A stretch of 64,000 nt of DNA from Tubulanus polymorphus (lineage: Eukaryota > Animalia > Nemertea), in NCBI RefSeq assembly GCF_964204645.1, contig NC_134027.1:16152485-16216484 (forward strand), given 5' to 3'. The position numbers and the translations under genes are program-made. Of this stretch, positions 47,357-60,200 are shown one piece after another. The number at the start of each line of letters is the position of its first letter. Position 1 is the stretch's first letter. Below the pieces are notes generated by a model. That model had not been told where the DNA came from. It did not search any database and saw nothing but the letters and a program-made list of their open reading frames with translations.

Positions 47357-47675
47357 TAAATATAGCTGCAAAGCAGCGATAACGGGTTTTCTGCTGTCTT
47401 AGAATCCTGTTCATCGGTGGATTTCGACAAAGCATTTGATAAGGCACAACATCAGCCATTACTAACTGAACAGGCTATTAGGAAACAGTATCAATGATAG
47501 GTCGCCCAAATAGCTCAGCAGTTATCTCTGAACGAAAACTTATAGCCAAAATCAACGGAACGCCTCATCTTGGAATAAGTCGGTCTAACTAGTGGAGTCA
47601 TGCTAGGTAGTATCCTAAGTCGTCTACTGTTTAATGTCCTGACAAATGACATACACAGTAATCAAAAATATACCG
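47357..47675 (+). repeat. Repeat head carrying a decayed CR1/L2-type RT fragment; second copy at ~50570-50884
   Basis: VDFDKAFDKAQH...TSGVMLGSILSRLLFN remnants behind AAATATAGCTGCAAAGCAGCGAT in both copies. Confidence 0.65.
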
Positions 47676-48242
47676 CAAATCAATTGTGACAAAGTATTGA
47701 TGCGAATGACCTATTTAGTTCATCGACCATGTACCGAACACTATTATTGTGCCCCAGCATTTGGGGTCATTCTACTTGAACCCCAACATTCAATATGTCC
47801 ACCAGATTCTGGTGATGATAAAGTCATTTTAATTTTTCTGCCAACTTCATTTCTTCTTTCATATTCATCTAACATTAAACATCATTAAGTATGCGTCCCC
47901 TTATTGAAATTAGGTTAACTATCTCAATATATCGATGTAACTAGGAAGACCTTATTAAAAATGTCGTGATTTTTATGTCGACTTTTTGCGACATTGTCTC
48001 AATAAATTGCCATACGTATCACGACATTTTAGCTAAAGGAGTGATAATTATGTCGACGGTACGCGGTTATGTTGAGATACAGACGTCGACATTGTTGAAA
48101 GGCGTGATCCGTATAACGATTTATCGTGATACTAACACGATATATCGACTTAATTATGTCGATAAATCGCGATATATCACGTTTGTTCGACATAATTTCG
48201 TCGTGATAAAAGGTCGCGACGGTTTTGTACGGGTCCTATATA

Positions 48243-48652
48243 TACGGAAGTAAGGAAGCGATAAAGGGCCTCGAGTTGTCGCGTTCCAACTCGACAAAGT
48301 CGCCATATTTATGTCGACATATCGCGATATATCGCTTCAAGTCGACATGAATATGTCGACATATTGTGACGTTTTGACGACATATTTCGTTTTCTCAACC
48401 ATTTTCATCGCAACAATTTGACATATTCATGACGACTTAAAACTCAGTCGCCATATCACTGGCGACCTCATCTTACATTTCGACGTGTCTTCAAATGACG
48501 GCTTATCCCGTGGAAAATGGGCGAAAAAGCGAAATTTGTCGTGAAAACGTCACGATATGTCGACATATTCATGTCGACTTGACGCGATATGTCGACATAA
48601 ATAACGCGACAACTCGAGGCCCTTTATCGCTTTTGACATATAAGCTTCCGTA
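48243..48652. mobile_element. MITE-like inverted-repeat element rich in GTCGAC
   Basis: AAGCGATAAAGGGCCTCGAGTTGTCGCGTT is inverted at ~48603-48632; outer TACGGAAG/CTTCCGTA. Confidence 0.65.
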
Positions 48653-48854
48653 CATCTTTAGAAAAAGAAATAATATGTGATCTTTCATTAAGTAGGATCA
48701 CTTGAATGATCGCTTTAATATCACTTTAAGAAAAAAAGAATCTGCCAAAATGACCTTAATATTCGACACTATCAGATTAATCGACTTCAAAATAGGAGAA
48801 AGCATAAGTCTTTATTACGTTATTAATTGGCCTAATTATTCAAAAGCTAATAAA

Positions 48855-49250
48855 GTGGGCGACAAAACCAAAAAAATTAATTGTCGCGGGCGATAAAACT
48901 AAAATAATCAATTGTTGCGGGCGATAAAACCAAAATAATCGATTGTCGCTGGCGATAAAACCAAAATATTGAATTGTCACGGGCGACAAAACCAAAAAAA
49001 TTAATTGTCGCGGGCGATAAAACCAAAATAATGAATTGTCGCGGGCGATAAAACCAAAATAATGAATTGTCGCGGGCGATAAAACCAAAATAATGAATTG
49101 TCGCAGGCGATAAAACCGCGACAAAAAAAAATTGTCGCGGGCGATAAAACCAAAATAATGAATTGTCACGGGCGATAAAACCAAAATAATGAATTGTCGC
49201 GGGCGATAAAACCAAAATAATGAATTGTCGCGGGCGACAAAACCAAAATT
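48855..49250 (+). repeat. 31-bp minisatellite, array 1
   Basis: Unit AAAACCAAAATAATGAATTGTCGCGGGCGAT. Confidence 0.95.
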
Positions 49251-50957
49251 ATTGTTTTGTCGTTTGGTCATAATGTCGCCCTCATTTGCATATACGTGTT
49301 TTTTTTACGCATGGCCCTTATCAGCCACCATACTAAAGCCTTAAGGTCGCGTAAAACTCGATAAACACTTCAAGCGACACAGCGAATGATCTCCTTTCCC
49401 CCACAGCGAACGCTTAACCTAGTAGAGGCTACTAGCCTATGCAGGCCTATGTATATGCGTAGGCCTAACATCCGGACAGATTGGTCGTAGGCCTATTGAA
49501 TAACAACCCACCTAAATATCGTAAATTTTGTTTTGAAGTTCAATCCAATGAGTCCGTTAATAAACACAACAATTATACTGTGTTTGTTTGGGACAGTAAA
49601 GCTGAGTACCGGTAGGCCTAAAGCCGCATCAAACTCGATAAACACTTCAAGCAACACAGCGAAAGGTCCCTTTCCCCCACAGCGAAAGCTTACTTCGAAT
49701 GTCAAGTGCGAGTCCAGCATACGGAAAGGATTGTGTTATATACTTGTATTTAGTAAATACCTTGTGCATTTGACAAAGATCGGTAAGTACTGTAGGAAAT
49801 ATAGAGTACTGATGGTATTTATATAGAGGTTGAAGCCCGCGGCCGAAAAAAGTAATATATTCTTTTATTTTCATACCTCGTCGACATAACAGCTTTTCTC
49901 CGCTATATCTCTTCGGCGTGTTTCATTTAGGCCTACGACTCCCCGGTACACTTATGATTTATCTTAGTAAATACACGGTTAATTTGATAATGAAAAAAAG
50001 GTATTGCTAAACTAACTGCTTGACGCCCGCAGCCAAATCACTGGTAGTAACAAATTGATTTGTACTCGATTTGATTCTCATGATGAGGTGAAACTCGCAG
50101 CTGATCCCCGGAACGACGATGTAGTAACACACGTCGATTCGTCGATGTTTACGGCTCGACAGTGCTTTTAAAATCTAATGTAGTAAATTTCCTGTATATC
50201 GGTAATACGATTTGATGAGGAAAATGGGCTATTGTTAAAATTAGTTTTTAAAAACCGCAACAGAATGTGCAATCTTTGGGTAATAAATTTGTTAATTTAT
50301 GCTTGAATTGATAACTGATGTGACAAGAAACGTGCGGTAGATTTCGGAAAGAGGACTTAGAAAACATGTCGGCTCTTTGAATGGGGCTCAATTTTCGATG
50401 TTTACAGCCCGACAGTGCTTTTGTAACGATGATTCTTCAAAATACGCACGGGGTATTTGTAGATCGAAGTGAGCTGAATGATATCAGACGGATTGTATCG
50501 ACAACAGCGGCAAGGTAACAAAGCCTTTGTTCTTATAGTAAAAATAGTGTGGAAGAAAATAATAATAATAAATATAGCTGCAAAGCAGCGATAACGGGTT
50601 TTCTGCACAGTCTTAGAATCCTGTTCAACGGTGGATTTCAACAAAGCATTTGATAAGGCTCAACATCAGCCATTACTAAAGAGGCTATTAGGAAACAGTA
50701 TCAATGATAGGTCGCCCAAATGGCTCAGCAGTTATCTCTGAACGGAAACTTGTAACCGAAATCAACGGAACGCCTCATCTTGGAATGAGACGGTCTAACT
50801 AGTGGAGTAACGCAAGGTAGTATCCTAAGTCGTCTTCTGTTTAATGTCCTGACAAATGACATACACAGTAATCCAAAATATACCAGACCGAGTAAATTTC
50901 CAAAACGACCTTACCACACTGTTCGACCAAAAAACTTAATGTTCCGACAAAACCACG

Positions 50958-51250
50958 GGGACAAAACCAAAATTATGAATTGTCGCGGGTGACAAAACCA
51001 AAATATTGAATTGTCACGGGCGACAAAACAAAAATAATGAATTGTCGAGGGCGATAAAACCAAAATAATGAATTGTCGCGGGCGATAAAACCACAATAAT
51101 GAATTGTTGTGGGCGTTAAAACCAAAATATTGAATTGTCGCGGCAATAAAACCAAAATAATGAATTGTCGCGGACGACAAAAACAAAATATTGAATTGTT
51201 GCGTGCGACAAAACCAGAATAGTGAATTGTCGCGGGCGACAAAACCAAAC
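50958..51250 (+). repeat. 31-bp minisatellite, array 2
   Basis: Same unit as array 1. Confidence 0.95.
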
Positions 51251-52500
51251 TAGGGGTCCAGGGACACCATGCTCACTTGGGAAGTGGTTTCAAATGCTCA
51301 ACAAAACCCACCACAATCATAGAACATGTGAGCAGCTATGGTTTTGTAATTGATTGTGATAACAAAATATGCCTCGTTACCAATTTAATATGGAAATACT
51401 AAGTTATTCTACTATTCAACGCCCCTGGTGACCATATGCAAAACCCAATGACCTTAAAACTCACCACAATTGTAGTACATGTCATGAAATACAACTTTGC
51501 AATTGATCATAGTTACAAAATATGCCTAGGTACCAATCTAATAAGGAAATACTAAGCCATTCTACTATTCAACGCCCCCTGGTGACTATATGGAATAACT
51601 AATGTCCTTAAAAACTCACCACAATCATAGACGATGTCATGATCTACAACTTTGCAATGGATCATGGTAACAAACTATGCCTAGGTACCAATCTAATAAG
51701 GAAAAACTGAGCTTTTCTACTATTCAACGCCCCCTGGTGACTATATGGAATAACTAATGTCCTTAAAAACTCACCACAATCATAGACGATGTCATGAACT
51801 ACAACTTCGCAATTGATCATGGTAACAAAATATGCCTTGGTACAAATAAAATATAGCAATACTAAGTTATTGTATTATTCAACGCCCTCTGATGGCCACA
51901 TACTAAAACCAATGACCTTGAAACTCACCAAAATCATAGAAGTCGTTATGGGCTACAACTTTCCAATTGAATATAGTGACACAATATGCTTAGGTATCGA
52001 TTTAATGTGGAAAAACTTTTTCCCACCTACGAATGAGTACTGATGACACCAAGATGGCCGCCAATTGCGTCATAATTGGCTGATCAAAAATACCTGTCCC
52101 AGGTATAAAACATCCCTCTCTAAGGAATACCCATCAGCAATTGCAATGAGAAATGGCAAACCAGTAGGAAGCTACAGGACCTAGAATTCTGGCCAAAATT
52201 GACATTTTTGGGCACTAAAAAGGTCATAGGACGGCCATCTTGAGTCAGATCGACCCAATTTTCTTATGCTGATGGGCCTTTGGTAGATTCAAATATAAAC
52301 GAAAGATCAAGGTAATTGATCAAAGCGTCTTCAAAATTTCCCATCGAAAATACTTAAAAAGTGTTGATTTTGGCAAACAACAATGGCTGCCAGTCGGCCA
52401 TCTTGAATCTGACAGGGCCTGTTTTTGGGCTGACGATGTGTCTAGGGTAGATACATGTATGAACCAAATATCAAGACATTACCTTGAAGCGTCTTCAAAA
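51250..52500 (+). repeat. Interspersed non-autonomous repeat with ~128-bp subrepeats; further copies at ~54735-55665 and ~61590-62420
   Basis: Shared CACCTACGAATGAGTACTGATGAC...CAAGATGGC block and repeated TATTCAACGCCCCCTGGTG. Confidence 0.85.
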
Positions 52501-52559
52501 CTTCCCAAAATAACTGGACGGACGGACGGACGAAAAGTGAACACAATAGCCCGCTGAAA

Positions 52560-53532
52560 AAGAATTGTCGCGGGCGACAAAACCAAACAAATGAATTGTC
52601 GCGGGTGATAAAACCAAAATAATGAATTGTCGCGGGCGACAAAACCAAACTAATGAATTGTCGCGGGCGACAAAACCAAACTAATGAATTGTCGCGGGCG
52701 ATAAAACCAAACTAATGGATTGTCGCGGGCGATAAAACAAAAATATTGAATTGTCGCGGGCGATAAAACCAAAATAATGAATTGTCTCGGGCGATAAAAA
52801 CCAAAATAATGAATTGTCGGGGCGACAAAACCAAAATAATGAATTGTCGCAGGCGATAAAACCAAAGTAATGAATTATCGCGGGCGATAAAACCAAAATA
52901 ATGAATTGTCGCGGGCAACAAAACCAAAATATTGAATTGTCGCGGGCGACAAAACCAAAAAAAATTGTATAAAAACAAAGTATAAAAAGAAAATAATGAA
53001 TTGTCGCGGGCGTCAAAACCAAAAACAAGAATTGTCGCGGGCGACAAAACCAAAATAATGAATTGTCGCTGGAGATAAAACCAAAGTAATGAATTGTCGT
53101 GGGCGATAAAACCAAAATATTGAATTGTCGCGGGCGACAAAACCAAAAAAAGAATTGTCGAGGCGACAAAACCAAAATAATGAATTGTCGCGGGCGATAA
53201 AACCAAAATAATGAATTGTCGCCGGCAATAAAACCAAAATAATGAATTTTCTCACGCAACAAAACCAAAATAATGAATTATCGTGGGCGATAAAACCAAA
53301 ATATTGAATTGTCGCAGGCGATAAAACCAAAATATTGAATTGTCGCGGGCGACAAAACCAAAAAAGAAAATTGTCGCGGGCGACAAAAACAAAATATAAA
53401 ACCAAAATAATGAATTGTCGAGGGCGACAAAACCAAAATAATGCATTGTCGCTGGCGATAAAACCAAAGTAATGAATTGTCGTGGGCGATAAAACCAAAA
53501 TAATGAATTGTCGCGGGCGACAAAATCAAAAT
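52560..53532 (+). repeat. 31-bp minisatellite, array 3
   Basis: Same unit, about 30 copies; downstream flank ~53560-54560 duplicates ~49270-50560. Confidence 0.95.
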
Positions 53533-55680
53533 CATTGTTTTCTTGCGTTATTTTAGTTTTGTCGTAATGTCGCCCTCATTTGCATATTCGTGTTTTTTTA
53601 TCTTATCAGCCACCATACTAAAGCTTTAATGTCGCGTAAAACTCGATAAACACTTCAAGCGACACAGCGAACGATCTCCTTTCCCCCACAGCGAACGCTT
53701 ACTCCGAATGTCAAGTGTGATTCCACCATACGGATAGGAGTGTGTTTTATACTTGTATTTAGTAAATACCTTGTGGATTTGACAATGATCGGTATGTACT
53801 GTAGGAAATATAGAGTATTGATGGTATTGATATAGAGGGCCGCGGCCGAATAAAGTAATATATTCTTTTATTTTGATACCTCGTCGACATAACAGCTTTT
53901 CTCCGCTATATCTCTTCGGCGTGTTTAGTTTAGGCCTACGACTCCCCGGTACACTTATGATTTATCTTAGTAAAAACACGGTAAATTTGGTAAAGAAAAA
54001 TAGGTATTGCTAAATTAACTGCTTGACGCCCGCAGCCAAATCACTGGTAGTAATAAATTAATTTGTACTCGATTTGATTCTCAGAATGAGGAGAAACTCG
54101 CAGCTGATTCCCGGAACGACGATGTAGTGACACACGTCGATTTGTCGATGTTTACGGCTCGACAGTGCTTTTAAGTAGTAAATTTCCTGTGTATCAGTAA
54201 TATAATTTGATGAGGAAAATGGGTTAGTGTTAAAATTAGTTTTTAAAAACCGCGAAAGAATGTGCAATCTTTCGGTAATAAATTTGTTAATTTATGCTTG
54301 AATTGATAATCGATGTGACAAGAAACGTGCGGTAGATTTCGGAAAGACGACTTAGAAAAACATGTCGGCTCTTTGAATGGGGCTCAATTTTCGATGTTTA
54401 CGGCCCGACAGTGCTTTTGTAACGTTGATTCTTCAAAATTCGCACGGAGTATTTGTAGATCGAACTGAGCTGAATGATATCAGACGGATTGTATCGGCAA
54501 CAGCGGTAATGTAAAAAAGCCTATGTACTTTTGACAAAAAATGTGTGGAAAAAAAAATAATAACATTAAGAAACACGCGAATCTCAATAGGGTTTTCTGT
54601 GATGTAACAGAAAACCCTAATAATCACGCGGATATCAATAGGGTTTTCTGTGTAATAACAGAAAACCATAATTAACAAGTTGCTAAAAAGGAACGTGTAA
54701 TTAACGAGTTGGGGAAACGGTCGATTTTAATGAAACTAGGGGCCCAGGGGCCCACTTGCGAAGTGGTATCAAATGCTCAACAATCTAACAATTTCAAAAC
54801 ATAACGCCCCCTAGCGACCATACACAAAAACCAACGACCTTGAAACCCACCACAATCATAGAACATGTCAGCAGCTATGATTTTGTAATTGATTGTGATA
54901 ACAAAATATGCCTCGTTACCAATTTAATATGGAAACACTAAGTTATTCTACTATTCAACGCCCCCTGGTGACCATATGCAAAACCCAATGACCTTAAAAC
55001 TCAAAACTCACCACAATCGTAGTACATGTCATGAAATACAACTTTGCAATTGATCATGGTAACAAAATATGCATAGGTACAAATATAATATAGAAATACT
55101 AAGTTATTGTATTATTCAACGCTCCATGGTGGTCACATACAAAAACCAATGTCCTTGAAACTCACCAAAATCATAGAACACGTCATGGGCTACAACTTTC
55201 CAATTGAATATAGTAACACAATATGCTTAGGTATCAATTTAGTGGGGAAAAACTTTTCCTCACCTACGAATGAGTACTGATGACACCAAGATGGCCGCCA
55301 ATTGCGTCATAATTGGCTGATCAAAAATACCTGTCTCAGGTATAAAACAGCCCTTTCCAAAGAATACCCATCACAAATTGCAATGAGAAATGGCAAACCA
55401 GTAGGAAGCTACAGGACCTAGAATTCTAGCCAAAATTGACATTTTTGGGCGCAAAAAAGGTCACAGGACAGCCATCTTAAGTCTGATCGACCCAATTTTT
55501 CTCATGCTGATGGGTCCTTGGGGGATTCAAATGAAATTGGGGGATCCAAAATGAACGATCAAGGAAATTGATCAAAGCGTCTTCAAAATTTCCCACGAAA
55601 ACTTCAAAAATGTGTAAAACGTGCTGATTTTGGCGAACAACAATGGCTTAAGTCCCAAGTGGGCTAAAAATTACTAATAA

Positions 55681-56245
55681 ATGAATGAACAGATACTCAA
55701 TTTCAAAGATTTTGATTTACATGAATTAGAAAAATATTTTACAATTAAAAATTTTATTCCTATTAAAGATTTGATTAAAACTGCACGTTTTCGTTTACAA
55801 GTGAATAATATTACTGAATTAATGTTTAAAATTTATCATCTAATGATAGAGTTATTGAGTGAAAAAGATAAAATCTTAATCAATACAATAATTCCAAAAT
55901 TCACAATATTTAATGAAAAAGATAAACATTTAGCAATTACAGATGAAATCCCATCACTTTTAAAATAAAGAAAATTCAGTTAAATCATTATTTATACACT
56001 TACGTTATTGCCCTTTCAGAGAATATTATGTAATGTTTTTCAGAGTAGAAGACAAAAGGTTTATCCCAGACATTCCAAATGAAAAATCATTCAAAGATGT
56101 GGGAATTCAATGTAATTTAGACAATAAAATTGATACACCTAACTAGAAATATGAACCTAATGAAGAAGGGTTATGTAATTGTGGAAAATATTATACTCGA
56201 AGCAATAAATCGCACCATCTTAAATCAAAATATCATAACTCAAAT
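55681..56245 (+). pseudogene. AT-rich viral-type ORF remnant with CxCG..H..S..H zinc finger; inverted paralog at 60378-60849
   Basis: MNEQILNFKD...KDVGIQCNLD...CNCGKYYTRSNKSHHLKSKYH, disrupted differently in the two copies. Confidence 0.55.
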
Positions 56246-57159
56246 AAAATAATTCAACTCTAAATAAATATATTTCATTTCAAAAATATCCAAAATAAGA
56301 TATTTCAAATAACTTGTTAATTTTTAAATTTTTTTCTTAAATAAATGAATGAGAATGGTTTCATTCCAACTGGAAAAAGTGATTTAAAACATTATCTTGT
56401 AGCAGGAGGGTTAATTTTAGCCGCATTATACTTTTAATATGAAAATATCAATAAAGATCTGATTAATGAAAATATGAAATTGAGTAACAAATCAAAGAAA
56501 TTAAATGGAAATAATCATGGAAATAATAACAAGAGGCCCATGGGCCTTGAAGCATTGGTAGATTATACTGTGGTATTAAGTGGTTATAATGTTTTACATC
56601 TGCAGGCAAATCTTCTATGACGATATTGATTGGGAGGACCACAGACTTAAAGGTCTATTTGTCTAGTACGATTTTATTCCTGAAAATGAATTTATTTTCT
56701 GCCGAACGATTTAGCCTAGGCTATTTGTACTGTTTAACCTCATTAATGCGATTCTCTTAAAAAGATGAAACTAGTTTATTCTGATGTTTTCCATCATGTT
56801 CCAGCCAAGATATTTATATCAATCAAGATTTGGATACAAAAACCAATTTTTACGCATGAACTGTTAGGCCCCACTGAATAATGAAAACAAAAACAGAATG
56901 ATTTTTCTGAATGCAATTGCAAGACCCTCTGATCTCAGACCTCCAAGCTCTGATGCATACGTACGCATGCAAAACGTTGCAGAGAGCGATGTCGGCGTTG
57001 GTGTCACTGAGGCCGACTGGTGATTGTTTGTTTGTCTTTTTGTTTGTTTGGCTTTACGTACGTCGTTTGGATCATGGTTTCCCAAGACTGTTCCTATTGG
57101 ATTGTTCATATAACCTCACGAGGGTACGGCCTTTGAAGTGTTGCCCGCACACTGTTCGC

Positions 57160-57246
57160 AGCCAGCAGGACTCGAACCCACTTGTCACTCAGCATTGATA
57201 GTGGATTCAACAGCATCACGCCTTATCTCACTGAGCTACCGAGGCC
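57160..57246 (-). repeat. tRNA-derived SINE-like head
   Basis: Minus strand GGCCTCGGTAGCTCAGTG (A-box) ... GGGTTCGAGTCCTGC (B-box); no proper cloverleaf. Confidence 0.6.
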
Positions 57247-60200
57247 GCTCGATTCAATTCCAAAAAACTACAGCAGCGGCAAATAACCATCGCAATATTG
57301 CAATTTACGACAAACAACGCGTAAATTCAATCACTGTTGTTTAACGCATGGAAAAGATAATAAAAGGTATTTTTTCCCGGCGCGCATTACAAAGCGAATC
57401 TCTGCCGAGTGCGTTAGAGGGTGCTACCGCCTTATGAGTGCGCAGCAGGTGGGTAGGGTGTCCTAAAGTGAAAACTTATATTAGAATATAGCCGAATCGA
57501 ATTATGCAATGTCAGTCAACTGATTGATGATACAACATGGTTGTTCTCAGCGTACTTAACAATGATATTTTCCTCCAATAAACAACTCTGGTAAAATTGA
57601 ATAAAATGATCTATCTTTATTGGTGATATCGTATCATGGTGGTAGCTTATCGTTTCGTGTCATCATGAAATGGTTTTAACTTTAGTAAAGGCGTTCCCAC
57701 ACGATCGTTTCAGTCACGAGTAGGCTGCCGTTCCACTGCTCTAGAATTAATCTCAAATAATCCCATGGATACTGATAGTTGGAATAACAGTGATATCCAA
57801 ACACTGCGATATTTATAAACCGGAGGTACATAATTTATGTTTTTCTATTCAGAAGAGGCTGTTCCCCATTCTTTACTGCCAATGTCAATGCGGATATATC
57901 GCTACGCGATTGTTTAACCTGCTCTCATCTACCAGATAATGAACGAGAAAAATGCGATCGAATAACTTTTTGGACCATTAAATCAGAAATCTGGCGACGC
58001 TATGTTGTGGGGAATAATTGAAACATTTTTTTAAGTCATTTTCAGCTGTTTCTAATGTTTTACGTGAACGGAGTGACAATTTGAAGTTACTATGAAAATG
58101 AGAAGAGTCGGCGCTATTTTTTCGTACTACTATTTTCGATCCATTTTACTAGCATTGGCATGAGGTCAACCAATGCTAATAAAAACGTTATTGAATCAGA
58201 TTATTGAATTAATCTAATAAATAAATGAGTGAAAATATATTAAATTTATTACACCTTATATACAGAAATCAAAAGGATATCAAATTAATTATTATCGTAT
58301 CTGGAATGGTTTCTGTTTCAATTTACTCATTAAAACAGTTATTAGAATTCTATGATACTTGTAAAATTAAATACGATGAATTAAATGATAATATCAATTA
58401 TATTTCAGATAGAATGAATGATATTAAGTGTTGTGAAATATGTAACCAAAAAGTATGTCAAGAGCCCCAGGGGGGCACTATGGTCAGCCTGTCAGCTTTC
58501 CATAAAATGGCAAATGATGATGCATTCTGTGGGTTAAATTTGTCAAAATACACTCCCAGCTCAGAGTCAATACCTAATAATTCACACAATACAATCGTAG
58601 AATACAAATGTAGCACAGACAGCGACTGGATCTGGCAGGAACAAATACCTCAGATAAATCTTTTTCCTTGGTCTTACTGATTTTAATGCGGAATAGAATT
58701 GAATTTTCTGAAATTTTCTCAATAAAACAAAATTGAATTGGATTTGATATTTTTTCAAAGAATAAAATTTGAATGAATTTGTAGTTCGAGCACATGGCTA
58801 ATTAGCATATCAAGGTCATCTATCCGATTTTAAAAAAAGCTATTTTTCCCGGACTTTGCACATTGGTCAATGATATTTTCTGTAGTGCTGATAAAAATGT
58901 TCCTCCCAATAACCAAATCAACTAAAGCTTTCACAGAAATCGATCTTGAAACACAATTTTAGATCTGAAAATAAAACCCGGAAGTAAAACAGTAGACGAT
59001 ACCGCGGGTTCACATGAACACCTGCTGATTTCTGCGGCTAAGCCAATCATAGAGGAGTCTTTGCTTTCTGATTGGCTTTTCAAAACCAATATTTTTGTGA
59101 TCAGATATTCGCAAAAGCTCATATAAATTTTAACAAGGCTTTCTTTCATTTTTTCTAACTACTTATAAAATAAAGATATATTCTTTATGTACTTAAAGTA
59201 CTAAGACTACTAAAGACGATAAAGATATTGGTAACTTATTCAAAGGTAAGCTATAAACATTTGAAAATAGTTTTAATATAATTTATATTTAGAATAATTA
59301 TTAATAATCATAAAATAACTTAAAATCAAACTCATACGGTTTTTTAAATAAAAAACATATATAAATTATATATGTTACACTCGTATCATTCATCCAATTC
59401 TTCCAATTCATACACTCGTACACAATTCTAAATTCTATGAATCATAAGATAAATATCATATTCTTTATAATTTAGAAAAACAATAAAATGATACTAGAAA
59501 CTACTAGCAGTTAAAGTTATTGTTTCTATTGCTCACTGGATTACTTTTCATTTAAATAGATTCAATTAGAAAAACAATAACTTAACTTAGTTAGTATTAT
59601 ATAAAGTAACTTATTATAATTCTTATTGATTTCTATTCAATTCATGTTAACATTAAATTATTTTACATTTAACTAGAATTCAATTTGAAAACAATAAACT
59701 AACTAATATCGGTCTTGTATTATTCTAGTTAAATGTAAAGAATTACAATATCATATATGAATTAATTAAAAAACTTAATTTGAATTATATAATTCATCAT
59801 TTATTCGTGAATATATCTAAGATTTCTTAAACTCATATCATTTTTATACTTTTTATTACATATTTCTCAACACTTAATATCATTCAATCTATCTGAAATA
59901 TAATTGATATTATCTTTTAATTCAGAGTATCTAATTTTACAAGTATCATAGAATTCTAACAGCTGTTTTAATGAGTAAATTGAAACAGAAACCATTCCAG
60001 ATATCATAATAATTAATTTGATATTCTCTTGATTTCTTTAAATAAGGTGTAATAAATTTAATACATTTTCACTCATTTATTTATTGGATTAATTCACTAA
60101 TCTGATTCAATAACGTTTTTATTTATATGATTGTTTCCATTTAATTTTTTCAATTTCTTACTTAATGTCATATTTTCATTAATCAAATCCTTACTAATAT

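Noticed and set aside
47740-47870. Upstream ERC exon
   Set aside because: Has an acceptor-like site, but the frames stop early and show no coiled-coil ERC similarity.
48855-53532. 31-bp repeats as a CRISPR array
   Set aside because: Units are contiguous with no unique spacers, there are no cas genes, and the context is eukaryotic.
48840-53535. Many minus-strand ORFs (MVLSPATIHYFGF...)
   Set aside because: Translations of the minisatellite in rotating frames.
57160-57246. Genuine tRNA gene
   Set aside because: A and B boxes are present, but acceptor and anticodon stems do not pair; it sits inside a repeat insertion.
58225-58680. 151-aa gene
   Set aside because: The first half is palindrome-arm ORF; the second half reads into an inserted repeat also found at ~61456.
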